Assembly (NCBI RefSeq): GCF_004010195.1
Contig: NC_057719.1
Coordinates: 59,348,164 to 59,412,163, forward strand
Direction of reading: 5' to 3'
DNA: 64,000 nucleotides
Origin: Chiloscyllium plagiosum
Lineage: Eukaryota
Positions 12,515 to 25,470 of this stretch are shown here, piece after piece. The translations under genes were made by a program, and so were the position numbers. A model generated the notes under the pieces. The model ran no database searches and had not been told where the DNA came from. It worked only from the letters and a program-made list of their open reading frames with translations. Each line of letters starts with the position of its first letter. The stretch's first letter is position 1.

Positions 12515-12840
12515 GTTGTGTCAGCCATAGCTCATTAAGTACCATTGTGATTTCAGAGCCACAAATATTCTTCCACTGCACTGCAGTGTACTAATGTGAG
12601 AAAACAGTACAGTTTAAGATGCTGGCTTACAAATGAGATATTAAACGGTGGTCCATCCCACCCTCTCAGGTGGACATGAAAGAACCCAGAGTTCTAAAAT
12701 ATCCAAAGAAATAGGAAAATGGGCAATTGACATTTCCTACATTACAACACTGACTACGTTTCAGTACATCAAAGCACCATCAGCTATAGAGTGTTTTGAA
12801 ATATGTGGTAATCGTGAAGACTGCTGTAAAAATACAGGTA
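12515..12840 (+). mobile_element. Deu-domain SINE (SacSINE1/AmnSINE-like), degenerate
   Basis: atgagatattaaacggtggtcc...ctctcaggtggacatgaaagaaccca resembles the Deu core as recalled. The 3' tail tttcctacattacaacactgactac... also fits. Confidence 0.6.
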
Positions 12841-13074
12841 GTTCTCCTAGAATCTCGTACTTGCATACCAGTGAAACCTTGCTTAATAGAAATAAAGGGG
12901 TCCATGGGAAAAGTGGGGTTGGGGCAGACCAGAAAGAAATATCACTCACTAATCGCCCAAAAATCACCTAAAAGCCTAACACAAGATATACCACTGCCTG
13001 AATGAAGGTTGAAATCATATTTATTAACGAGACAAAAGGAAATTTAACTGAGCACATTTTAAAAATGCTCTCTG

Positions 13075-13391
13075 TACAGTACTTCTCACAGAAAACTGTT
13101 CTGTCGGCAGTTGACATCAGTGCATGTGCAGAATAGCACAAAGAACAGCACTGACATCATGCATGCATAGAATAGCACAGAGACTTCGGTGTGGACAAGA
13201 ACATCGGGGCATGCGCAAAATGATGGGCAGATTTCAGCGCGCACATCACAAAATGTGCAAACCGATCTCCACTGGAATCGCGCTATTGTCAACAGAGGTA
13301 AGTGTTCTCCAAAATACCATTGCCTAATTCTTCAGCCACGTTATAGCCAAATTGCACTCTTGAAATGTGTGCTATCCCAGAATACCTGTAT
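13075..13391. mobile_element. Partial Tc1/mariner (Tigger-like) non-autonomous element
   Basis: Right end ...cacgttatagccaaattgcac...gtgctatcccagaatacctgTA resembles the TIR of the 19383-19601 element. Internal short repeats gcatg..cagaatagcaca. Confidence 0.5.
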
Positions 13392-13499
13392 CGGGACTTC
13401 CTTTTTGATTAGCAATCATAACATGAAGATTTTAATGTAATGTTTGAAAAGCTAAGACCTGAAATTTACATGAGACTGACTTTAATGGGATGAGACAAG

Positions 13500-14945
13500 A
13501 AAACAGCAAACTGTTAAATCAATTCATGGGTTAAATAAAATCCAACCAGTAGGAGGTGTACAAAGAAAAGATTCCAGTGTGATACAGACCATAACAAAAC
13601 TACAGGACCAGATAAGTTCTATTGAAGGTTTTTTTTTAGGAAGTAGGTGTGAACAGTGCAAAAGCCTATATCACTTCCAAAGTTGCCAATTTTGGGACCT
13701 TTCCTGTGGATTAGAATACTCTTCATTTCACAATTTGTGGAAATAGGAGAACAAGGAACTCCAGACCAGCTACCCTAACATCGGGTTGTCAGGAAATTAC
13801 TAGAGTCTATAATTAAAGCTATGTAACTGAAACACCTTAAAATTTTCCAACTAAAGATGGATTTGAAAAAGCAATGCTGTATCTGATGAATCTGAATTGA
13901 TTTTGAGAAGAGTCAACTAAAATAGCAAAAATAAATGCAATATCATACAGGTTTACAAAAGCACTGGATAAGCATCCTCAGAAGAGACTGGCCAAATTCT
14001 AAGAGACAAGGTTAAGAAAATGAGCAGCTATTCGAATTCATAGGGTATGACTAATGGTGGCCCAAAAAGATGTGTATTGGGTCTTCAGCTATCACAACAT
14101 GAATTATTGATGATGATAATAAAGTGGAAAGTCACATGACAAGATAAAATATCATTGTAAGGAATTTAGGCTGAAGCAGAAAACAACAAATATATTAATT
14201 AATTAAATGATTGACAAAACTGGGGCAAAAAGACTTAAATCTCAGAAAATGAGGTCTTCCAACCGTGAGTGAAAAAGAACAGAAGGAAGTAATTTCTAAA
14301 TGGTACTAAGATAGAAACAGTGGAGGTTCAAAGAAACTGAGGAACCTTGAACAAAGATTATAAAATGTCATGAACTGGTACAGAAAATAAACAAAAATGT
14401 TCATGCCATATTGATTTTTATATCTACAGGAATAGAATACAAGGGCAAGATATATGCTCCCACTTTACAAAGTCCTAGTTAGACTACACTTCAACCAGGA
14501 GTGTATTTCTGGGTACAAAACCTTAAGCAGGACCTGTTTGCCTTGGGATGAGTACAGCATAGATCAAAATGTAGTTAGTCTTCCAATGGTAAAATTAAGA
14601 GAAGTGACAACCTAGAATTGTAATTGCAAGAATTCAAATGACTGACAAGTGATTTGATCCAAATTTTCAAGAAATTAAGGGAAATCAATATGCAGAAATT
14701 ACAGCCACTGATCAGCAACTCTCAGACTAAAAATGGTCATAATATATAACATGGAGCCACATGTTTTCGGGGCCAGATAACAAAATGCTTTTACACACAA
14801 AAGATAACAGAAGCAATGCTAGATCACAGTTAATTCTAAATCTGAGATGAAGGGATAAATGGAGTTAGGGCAAAGATCATTCATGATTGGGTTTTATTGC
14901 AGAACAGGGTCAAAGGACTAAACAATGTACACCTGTTCCTATTCT
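13500..14945 (+). mobile_element. Old CR1 LINE ORF2/3' end remnant
   Basis: Degenerate CR1 landmarks: yRPv.LTS-like at ~13765, LVRlhLe.cV.FW-like at ~14475, and a CR1-type 3' tail ending ...cctgttcctat. Confidence 0.55.
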
Positions 14946-15088
14946 CCAATACAGCAATTGAAATAGTAAATGACCACTGTTTTTAAGTAGTTAAAGATAT
15001 TACGCCCATGATGGGTTAGATTCATGTCATAAATACTTCCAGTATATGTCTACTACACAGTATCTAGACATACTGCTGCAAACTACTA

Positions 15089-15190
<102 letters not shown>

Positions 15191-15745
15191 TCAAATTAGA
15201 GAGAAAAACTCAAAGACTTATTTTAGACTAGTGTAGAAACATGTGCCTTCCTCAATTTATCTTAGAGCACAGAAATAAAAAGCAATTATTCACATGGTAC
15301 CAATTTTATCTATTTTTTTCTAAACATCTTAGTAGCCATCTTCATTTTTCTTTCCTTATGGTAATGACTTGGCTGGGTAATAGCTCTAAAAATAGGATCA
15401 TAACAAAACTTTACCTTAATGTCAATTCTGCTGGTGTGAGCTAAAACGGCGTGCCAGAAAACGCATTTACCCCGAGAGTCATCAAGTAACATCCATGAAA
15501 TCAAAGGTCCAACTCAAGTTTTCCAATTGGGACCAATTTTCATCTCCAAGCACTTGCAAGGCTTAGAGGACGAGCATTGCACCTATCTGGATTTTGCGGA
15601 TCAGTGCCTCACCCAGGTATCCATTTATTCCACATATTGTAACAAGTTTACCAGGAGCCATGTTAAGGTGCACTGTTTTTCATGCACTCATGAGATATCC
15701 ATTGGCTTTGCCAACATTTATTGTCCATCTTAATTTCCCTTGAGA

Positions 15746-16689
15746 AATTATTATGATTCACTCGTCTTTCAGATCCAAGCTGCTAGAAAGTATGGTCCAG
15801 GTTTTGGCACCAAATATGAATTATAATTATAAGTAATTAGACTCTAGCTATAGGTAAAGAGTTATAAATTGTGAATATATAATATTAATTAAAACTCCCC
15901 CTTACACACACACACACACACACACAAATGAGCAGACAGAGTAAAATAGATTATAGGCAGAGGGAAAAAAATTGGAAAAACAGTTCAGTAGTCTTTGTTC
16001 ACAGGTACCATCATTGAAATGACCCTAATAATCTTCTGCTGACCAGCACTTTGCTTCAGTTGTCTTTCGCCAGGTACTTCCAAGGAGCAGCGCTCAAAAA
16101 GCTCGTACTTCCTAATAAACTTGTTGGACTATAACCTGATGTTGTGTCATTTTTAACTGTTTAGTGAGGCAAAAAAGATGGCTGGTTCTCTTGTAAAAAA
16201 ATTGTCATATCAGCTAAAATCCACAGCATACATAAACTGATGCAGCAAAGATCAATGGTTCTCTTCAGGTTTAGTGAGTTTTGACTGCTAAGAATAGGGA
16301 GACTGCTCTTGAGCTGGGGAAAGGTTGAACACTTCTGTCACTAATTTGTTCCCAGCTCCAAACTGTTCAGCTAACTGAAAACCAATCACACAGTTGTTGA
16401 CAAGCAGAAAAGTCTCCATCAGCATTACATGGTCACTCGTCCATAGACCAATGAAATTCTCATTGCCAGCAAAAGCTGCACCAGTACACCCCTTTGACTC
16501 CAAACATCTGCAATCTTAATTTCATTTACTAAATGTCCAAATTATTGTTTACACAATGTTTGGCATAGGTGCCAGGTTACATACTTTCAAAACTAGAACC
16601 ACCCTTTTAAATACCGGTTGTTAAGAATGTTCTTTCTTATTCAATCGCCAGGTTTAAAAACACAAGATAAAAAGGCACAGTCCTTATAA
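15746..16689. mobile_element. Insertion of about 0.95 kb (possible solo LTR) splitting a LINE 3' end; contains a (CA)n tract and a Penelope repeat fragment at ~16080-16160
   Basis: The LINE sequence cccttgagaa (to 15745) resumes as aggtggtggtgaactg at 16690. Degenerate ttatga...ttataa ends. Confidence 0.4.
15904..15926 (+). repeat. (AC)n microsatellite
   Basis: Direct reading: acacacacacacacacacacaca. Confidence 0.95.
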
Positions 16690-17330
16690 AGGTGGTGGTG
16701 AACTGTATTCCACTGACACTGAAGGAATGGTGATACATTTACAAGTCAGGACATTAAGTCGATTGGAGATGAACTTGCAGCTGATAACGTTCTTATGCAT
16801 CTGCCACCCTTGTCTTTCTAGGTGGTAGCTGTCATGGATTCAGAAGTTGCTGTTTCAGGAGATAAATTTCTGCTGTGCAACTGAAAGTACAGTAGTGTAC
16901 AAATGCACTAAGCGTTTGGTGGAAATGGTCATTGCCTGGCACATATGATATATTATTTGTCATTTGTCAGCACAAGCCTTGATATTGCCCAGACTGCTTG
17001 GGTATCCAAGGACCTTGGGCTCAACAATGTGAAGTCCTCATTGAACTTCCTCACTACTGCCTTTATGATGGTGGAGAGTTCATTGATGAAGCAGTTGAAG
17101 ATGATTTGGCCTTGGGACATTACTTTGAGGAACTCCTGTAGTGATGTTCTGGAGCGAAGATCACTGAAGATCAACAAGTTAAAAGATTAATCCCTGGTGC
17201 TCAGTTCCGACTCCAATCAGCTGAGAAATTTCCACCTAATTCCTACTAAATTTTGCTTGACTCATTTTTGTCACTTGGTCAAATTCAGCCTTGATATCAA
17301 GGGCAATTATTCTCATCTCTCCTTTTGTTA
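16690..17330 (-). mobile_element. CR1/L2-group LINE remnant (RT fragment)
   Basis: ORF 16953..17177 (SQGQIIFNCFINELSTIIKAVVRKFNEDFTL) is a decayed PQG..IFSCFINDL..FADDCT RT segment. Confidence 0.7.
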
Positions 17331-17642
17331 ATAGCAATAGCCAATTATTATATCATAAGCGTACGCAGCACATGTATTTACAAAAACCTTATGCTCAAAA
17401 TATACATATTCAAAATGTCTACTTGTCTTTCTTTTCAGTAGTATCTCCAGAATTTGCAATTTTTTCCAGCTCATTTTTGTGTGAATTGCAAGGATGTTTA
17501 AATATATTTTACATTTTAAGTAGTACATTCCAATTTTTTGCATCAAAATGAAATCTGTAAAGACCTTAGAGAAAGTTATTCATGCTGTACTGAGAGGTAT
17601 TAACTGGTCAATTCAAATATTTGAATCTCTAATACTGACTTA

Positions 17643-17879
<237 letters not shown>

Positions 17880-19382
17880 TTAAGTCTGTGAAAGAAAATA
17901 ATCTTATTTTTAAAAAGGTATCAAAATTAAGTTATTGGTATAAATATTCTGACTTGAAGAAAGACAAGCTTGAAAGCACTATCGTTCTGTGAAACTTTAT
18001 GAAGATTTAAATTACAAAATGCAAATTCTAATGGTAGCTTCTTTCTCCGGCGACATTTTAACTCATACTACTTAACTACTGAATAAGAGTTAAGCTAAGC
18101 AGCAAGAGCTCAATCTTCAGCAATAAGACGGAAATGGTAGTTATGTGAAGCCAGGAAAGTGTTCAGTCTTGAAACAACATCAGGCAAGAGCTTTGCTTAC
18201 CCTGAAGCTCAGATTTGTGATCACGTAAAATTATTTGCTCACATCTTAGGAGTTGAGTGCCAGTAGGAGTTCAGACGTATATGCTCTACATTTTTTCATG
18301 TAGATACAAAGGATTGAAAAATACCTTCAATGAATATGTGGAACATGTACTGTGGTTATCATGGATTTTCCGTGTGCCCAGGGATAGAAAACGCCCATTA
18401 AATGGAACAAATTGGTCAGGTAAAATATGTGACACAGTAAATGATTTAAAAAGATGTAAAATAAGCTTCTTGTTCCTATGGTCCATTTTACACAATTACA
18501 AAGTCAAGACCAATGTTTCATGTTCTGAAAATGGAATCAAGACAGGATCTCTGTGATTGAGCAACAATAGGCCAAATACTACAGCATATGATGAGGGTTT
18601 TCTGATGGCACATTCCAGAATGTAGTCACCCGATGGTTCACAACAAAGAAATACCATGAGGAAACATGTGAGTGACTATTCACAGGTTTGGAGACCTCCG
18701 AGTAACTCGGACCACACAAAGGACACCTTGTATTGAACAAACATGGAGGTACACGGTGGTTAATTGTTTATGAATTTATTTTGTTGAATGTTGATGGTGA
18801 GCACTAACTAGGAGTTCCCTTCAGCTTCTATAAAAAGGTATATACCGGAACTGGAGTCTGAGTTTAGGAAATGTATATTTGTACTGTGCATCTCTGCAAA
18901 CAAATGCTTCTAAAAATGCAAAAACTGACAGCTGCCCCATCCTAAACACCAGGATTTATGAAGTATAGCAAAAGGAGTATTACTAAGGGCCAGTCTCTTC
19001 TGAGTCAAGTGGCTAATTGATGGTAAGGGCAAGAGGGAGAACAGGAGAGTGGTAAATAGTGTTCCAAAGTCAGTGGTATAGATGGCCTTTAATCTAATTG
19101 TTTCCTCGCAGTTAGAATAATAAATTGATTTCTGGATTTGAGGGTGAAATGTGGCATTGGCAAGAAGAAACGTTTTACTGAAATGAAGTGGCACTAATGT
19201 CCTTGCAGGGGCCATGAACACGTTGAGAAAACTGTGAAGGAGGATTAAGACGAATAAAGCAGAGAAGTGCTAAAACACTGAGTGTGGGTTAAAATTAATG
19301 AAGTTATGAGGATAAAAGCACAGCACCTAACAGTTATAGTGAGGTAACACCAGGGAAAATCTGATGCAACTAATCCATAATA

Positions 19383-19601
19383 CAGTTGGTTGTGCTATAA
19401 CGCAGTAGTTCCATTCTCATGCAATGCTGCGTTATAAGAAAATTGCATAATAGCAGCACCATTTAAACTAACAGGGCCAGAATCCCATTATAACCAATAC
19501 ACGCTTCAAAAGTTCAGGCTTCAGAAAGAGTGTTCTCAATTTGAGAAGTGCATTTTAGCAAATTCACATTAATGAAATGTGCATTATAGCAGGATGACCA
19601 G
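19383..19601. mobile_element. Tc1/mariner-type MITE with degenerate TIRs and TA TSD
   Basis: TA|CAGTTGGTTGTGCTATAACGCA ... TGCATTATAGCAGGATGACCAG|TA. Confidence 0.7.
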
Positions 19602-19899
19602 TACTTGAACGATACTTCAAAATTTTACAGCTCATTACAGATAGTTTCACCAACATGCAGCATACTGTTATGCACCTTGAAATAACTTTAAAAATACACA
19701 GTCCAAACTGTGAAAGAATTGGAGGTACAAAGCAATTAAACATTCTACTTAACATCAGTACGTATCGACAAGCATAGTGCACGAGGGCATCTGGAGTCAA
19801 TAGTCCGGTTTTAGCCCTATCCCGAGAAAAGATTTGATCTTAAATTCTCTCAGGAGAAATGATATAATTGATATAGAATTTTAGCAAACGTTCCAAATG

Positions 19900-20155
19900 T
19901 TCCCGCCTCAGGTGACTGACTGTGTGGAGTTTGCACATTCTCCCCGTGTCTGCGTGGGTTTCCTCTGGGTGCTCCGGTTTCCTCCCACAGTCCAAAGATG
20001 TGCAGGTCAGGTGAATTGGCCATGCTAAATTGCCTGTAGTGATAAGTAAGGGGTAAATGTAGGGGTATGGGTGGGTTGCGCTTCGGCGGGTCGGTGTGGA
20101 CTTGTTGGGCCAAAGGGCCTGTTTCCACACTGTAAAGTAATCTAATCTAATAATC
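19900..20155 (+). mobile_element. 5'-truncated HE1-like V-SINE with a (TAATC)n tail, little diverged
   Basis: Clean V core tgtgtggagtttgcacattctccccgtgtctgcgtgggtttcctctgggtgctccggtttcctcccacagtccaaagatgtgcagg, CpGs retained, tail taatctaatctaataatc. Confidence 0.92.
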
Positions 20156-20574
20156 AAAAATATAGCATCCAATTTACAAATATGCGTAAATCACATTCTG
20201 AAAGTATAAAATTATTGAAAACAATCAAAAAGTTGGTTTTTATTCATTTTTCCAGTAACATTCTTTCCATTTAGACTAACGCATGTAAAGTTACCAAAAC
20301 ATTGTAGATTTTTGAGTCTATCCAAGGAGCTGAATAACACTTTACTATCAATTTAAGTTGTTGGTTGAATTGGCTTTAAATGAACTCAGACTTTGTTACC
20401 AGTCACAAGAAATTAAAGATATTAGAAATTCATTCAACGTTTTACATGGGGTGAATGAGATAATCAGATAATGGACAAAATTATTTTTGGATTCTGTTCA
20501 GACTATAAAGTGAACGATCTACTGGTTTCAAATCAACCAATCAAAATTATGGACAGGCATCAACCACATTCTAG

Positions 20575-21320
20575 GCCTAATGATCTGGATGAAGGGACTG
20601 GGGGCATTCTAGCGAAGTTTGCCGACGATGCAAAGTTAGGTGGACAGGCAGGTAGTACTGAGGAAGTGGAGAGGCTACAGAAGGATCTAGACAGTTTGGA
20701 GGAGTGGTCCAGGAAATGGTTGATGGAATTCAATGTGAGCACATGCGAGGTCTTGCACTTTGGGAAAAAGAATAGAAGCATGGATTACTTTCTAAATGGT
20801 GAGAAAATTCGTAAAGCAAAAGTACAGAGGGATCTGGGAGTGCTAGTTGAGGATTCTCTAAAGGTAAACATGCAGGTTGAGTCCGTGGTTAAGAAAGCGA
20901 ATGCAATGTTGTCAATTATCTCAAGGGGGTTGGAATATAAAAGCACTGTTGTGCTACTGAGACTTTATAATGTACTGTGCCCAAATTACATATGTTTGGT
21001 TCAAGGTATCATCATAGTACACATTATATCAAAGGTTTATTTCATTAAACCAACATTGTGGGCACAATGTGCATTTTAAATTTATGATACGTATCCGTGT
21101 ATATGTTCAATGAATACAGATGAGTTTATTCTGCACATTGTTATTTTTGTAGTATTCACATCAAAGGCAGAAATTGATAAATTCTTGATGTCACAAGGAA
21201 TTAAGGGCTACGGGGAGAATGCGGGTAAGTGGAGTTGAAATGCCCATCAGCCATGATTGAATGGCGGAGTGGACTCGATGGGCCGAATGGCCTTACTTCC
21301 GCTCCTATGTCTTATCGTCT
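20575..21320 (+). mobile_element. CR1 LINE 3' fragment (RT C-terminus, internal replacement ~20975-21150, then 3'UTR)
   Basis: ORF 20471..21079 has NDLDEG..KFADDAKLGG..LQKDLDSL..W.MEFNV..C.VLHFG..RDLGVLV. 3' tail gggccgaatggccttacttccgctcctatgtcttat. Confidence 0.9.
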
Positions 21321-22763
21321 AAATGAGGACTGCAGATGCTGGAGATTAGAGTCAAGATGAAAGTTGTGCTAGAAAAGCACAGCCGGTCGGACAGCATCCG
21401 AGGAGCAGGAAAATCGACATTTCGGGCAGGCGGCCTTCATCAGGAATGAGGCTGGAAGCCTCGTGGGTGGAGAAATAAATGGGAGGGGGTGGAGCTACAG
21501 AGAAGGTAGTTGAGACTGCAATAGGTGGATGGAGGAAGGGGTAAAGGTGATAGTCGGAGAGGAGGGTGGAGTGGATAGGTGGGAAGGAAGATTGACATGT
21601 GGGACAGGTCATGAGGATGATGCTGAGCTGGAAGGTTAGAACTGGGGTAAGGTTGTGGGGGAAGGGAAATGAGGAAACTAAAGTCCACATTGATGCCCTG
21701 TTAAAGAGTCCCGAGAAGGAAGATGAGGCGTTCTTCCTCCAGGCATCACGTGGTGAGGGAGTGACAGTGTTGGAGGAGTTTGTAGATGGCAGAAATGTCG
21801 CCGGATGATGTGATTTATGCGGAAGTTGGTGGGGTAGAAGGTGAGGACCGGGGGGGTGTTCTGTCCTTGTTGCGGTTGGAGGGGTAGGGTTTGAGGGTGG
21901 AGGTGTGGGGGTTGGATGAGATGCGTTAGAGGGCATCTTCAACCACATGGGAGGAGAAATTATGGTCTTTAAAGAAGGAGGCCATCTGGTGTGTTCTGTA
22001 GTAGAACTGGTTCCTCTTGAGAGCAGATGCAGCGGAGGCAGAGGAATTGGGAATACGGGATAGCATTTTTGCAGGAAGGTGTAATCCAGGTAGCTGTGGG
22101 AGTCGGTGGGTTTGTAAAAAAATGCCAATGTTTAGTTGGTCGTCATTGATGGAGATGGAGAGGTCCAGGAAGGGGAGGGAGGTGTCAGAAATGGTCCAGG
22201 TGAATTTAAGGTCGGGGTGGAACATGTTGGTGAAATTGATTAACTGCTCAACATCCTCGTGGGAGCATGAGGTGTCACCGATGCAGTCATCAATGTAGTG
22301 AAGGAAAAGGTGGGGAGTAGTGCCAGTGTAACTACGGATGATGGGCCTCCTCCACCACCACTCCCTCACCACCTGACACGTGGAGGAAGAACGCCTCATC
22401 TTCCGCCTTGGAACCTTTCAACCCCAGGACATCAATGTGGACTTCACCAGTTTCCTCATTTCCCCTCCCCGCCCTTACCAGAGTTCGAAACTTGCAGCTC
22501 AGCACTGTCCTCATGACCTGTCCCACCTGTTAATCTTCCTTCCCACCTATCCACTCCACCCTCCTCTCCGACCTATCACCTTTATCCCTTCCTCCATCCA
22601 CCTATTGCACTCTCAACTACCTTCTCCCTACCCCCAACCCCTCCCAATTATCTCTCCACCCCCAAGGCTTCCATTCCTAATGAAGGGCTCCTGCCTGAAA
22701 CGTCGATTTTCCTGCTCCTCGGATGCTGCCTGTTGCGCTGTGCTTTTCCAGCACCACTCTAAT
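21321..22763 (-). mobile_element. Penelope-like element, internally deleted, with a plus-strand inverted copy of its 3' end (22345-22763)
   Basis: ORF 21926..22399 (-) has LFLHYIDDCIG..FHPDLKFTW..LPFLDL. ORF 21352..22128 begins FYKPTDSHSYLDY. The C-terminal EEERLIFRLGT.QP..INVDF sequence occurs on both strands. Confidence 0.9.
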
Positions 22764-23139
22764 CAACCACACTCTACCAACAGAACTTTGAAGAATTGTA
22801 AATTTGCATCTTAAGTAACACAGCATTCTCAAAATCAAAGTGAAAACTTCACTGATCGGCCTCATCTGTAGTTGTATTGGGATCAAAATGGGGTAAAGAA
22901 TTCTTTATACTATGCTGTAGAGCAGACAAATTGATGCATATTCCCCATTGGACCAGAAAAGCAGAGATTAAAGAGTGTTTACCAGTTTGAACAAATGCAT
23001 TGTCTTCATTCCAGAGGCTGGTTGCAAAATATCATCACAATAAATGCATAAGTATTATTAATGTGATGGAAGAACATTATCATGCAACCTTTAAAATGGA
23101 GCTAGTCACTTAAAATGCAATGTAAAAGTTAATAGAAAA

Positions 23140-23400
23140 CTTGTATACATATTGATCAGTACTTTATAGATGTTCATGCGTTGTCCCAAAGTAATTCATG
23201 TGAAACTAATTCATTTGAAGTACAGTGAATTAAATGGCAGTTTGCAGTAATGAATTTGTGATCTGTAGATTCTCTAAAACACCGAGCAGCTAGTTCACTT
23301 CCTTATGGTATTGATTGGGTAACAATATTGTTCTGAACACCATAGAAGCTCCCCATTCTTCACATCCTAGAATCTTTGAAGAAGCAGCTGTGCCCTGGAT
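23140..23400 (-). mobile_element. Degenerate Deu-domain SINE fragment
   Basis: gttgtcccaaag..tttgaagtacagt and ttgattgggtaacaatattg..acaccatagaagctcccc resemble the reverse complement of the Deu-SINE core and tail. Confidence 0.45.
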
Positions 23401-24879
23401 TAATAGGAATGTTTTATGGTTTCAAACATTTCATGAAAACTTTTGCCCATCCTGCTAACTCATGTCTCTCTATGAGCTATCATAATGTTGACTGCAGTTT
23501 GCCACTGTAATTCAGTATTTTTAAATCAACTGTCTCAGATATGTAAATGACACACCAAGTGGTGGGTGAGATTTGAACAGAGACCTTCTTGCACTTCACT
23601 TATCAGCAGCTTAGAACATTCTTAAATACACAAATGAGAGCTTAGATGCAACAAAGAACAGCCTAACAACAGATGCCTTTTTTACCATTTTAATCAGAAC
23701 AATTCCGATATCACTCTCAGCATGTTTGTGTCTTTATGGTTATAAAGAAACTCCTAGCCTACAAAGGTGGCTGAGATTACAGTAAACTTTGTTCTCCATA
23801 GTATTTCGCAGTCTTATTAAATCATAAAGGGGCTGGATAATCTACAAAGCTTCAAATACAATACAGAATATTCATCTATGTACTGCAAAAATATTCAGCA
23901 CATTTGTACACAGTGCATATGAGGTTATATCACTTTCAACGTGAAAATTTAACTTCAATTTGAACTTTCAATTTAACTTAAAATTTGACATGTACATTGA
24001 AAAATTTACAATCACTCAGCCAGTATTTATCTCACAGTAAACCACCTGTGACCGTGACTTCCAGAGCATAGATTACATCTTATGGGGAACACAGCTCCTG
24101 GCTGAAAACAGGTACATTTGCTGATGGTTTATTTGAGGTTTTCCTCAAACACTAAAGCATTTTCAATTTGAAGTGGCAAACTTTATCAGTTACTTGAACT
24201 GCTCTCCAGCTTCAACTCAAAATAGCCCTTAAGTAGCAAAATACTGTGGAACTTTGGAAAAACAGAACACTGGAGGGAAACTCCAGATGCTAGCAACCAG
24301 ACCTGCTGAGCTTTTCCACCATTCTGTGCTTATTTCAAAATAACCTTCATTGTCTATAATGCTTTTATACGACAAACTCTGGGTCTCTCACTAATCTCTC
24401 CTTTTACCTGACACAGACCTATGTACTGTTCAACTATGACAAATAGGTTGCCAAAATACTACACAGGATTGTCATGAATGTCTTAATTTCTTGTAGGAAA
24501 AAGTAGTGCAAAATCAAAGAGTAACCAGTGAAGTTCAAACTTGTTTCAACACCCTCTTCAAGTCAAAGGAAGAAATGTTAGGCATGTGGGCAGTAGTAGT
24601 GTTAAGGCCATGGTGATTGGTAAAAGTTGGAGGAGACATGGTGCAGTTTCTTCACACTTTGATGAAACTGAAATGGTCATGAACTGTGGCGAACAGAGGA
24701 AGTTCAGGATTGTATAAGATTCAAGGAAATAGCAGCCTGAGGACTGGAAGGTTGTTTCAATACAAAGGAGGACTAAGACACTGATAAAGAAAGTGGGAAC
24801 ACAATTTAATGCAACTGAGGGAAAAAAGACAAAAATTTACTTTAAAAAGTAGTGAAAAAAGGATGAGGTGTGCTTGTTA

Positions 24880-25470
24880 ATAAGTAATTGAAGGCTAATA
24901 TAAACAAACAGCAAGCCATCAGGAAGGCTAATGGAGTGTCAGCCTACATTTCAAGAGGATCTGAGAACAGGAATAGTCTACAGGCCTAGTTAAGCTGTAC
25001 TTGGAGGAGAAGGTGCAATTTTGGTTGCTTATCTCAGGAAAGAGATCATGCAGTGAAAGTTCACCAGTCCTCCTTTCAGATGGCAGGACTGTCGTATGGA
25101 CATAAACTGGGCAAACTGGACCTATGTTCAGTAGAGTTTTATAGAATGACAGGTGATCTCAGTGAAACTTAGAAGATACTAAGGGATAGACAGAATAGAT
25201 GCAGATAACATGTTCTCTCTGTTTAGAGAATTTAGAACAAGGGGGCATATAGTTTAAAAATAAGGGAGAAGAAATATTTTTTCTCAGAGGGTTGTGAACC
25301 TTTGGAATTCTTTATTCTTTGGAGGCTTAGTCTTTGAACATGTTTAAGGTAGATTATCAATGGTGTACAGTGTTATTTGGATGGAATGGCGAAAAGGAAT
25401 CGAACTGTTTCATCATCCATACTGATTGGTGGGTAAAGCTCAATGGGTTGAATAGCCTACTCATGTTCCT
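24880..25470 (+). mobile_element. Old CR1 LINE 3' fragment
   Basis: RKANG..YISRG.E, LGKLDLCS.E..R..GDL motifs, ttctcagagggttgtgaacctttggaattc, and a CR1-type tail. Confidence 0.75.

Noticed and set aside
18550..18940. LTR-like segment with TATAAAA and a degenerate poly(A) signal; similar candidate at ~56780-57675
   Set aside because: No confident TG...CA termini, TSD or second copy visible, so not called.
21352..22128. 258-aa ORF, the longest in the track
   Set aside because: Only the first residues are in the Penelope RT frame. The rest is out-of-frame TE sequence, so this is not an intact transposon or host gene.
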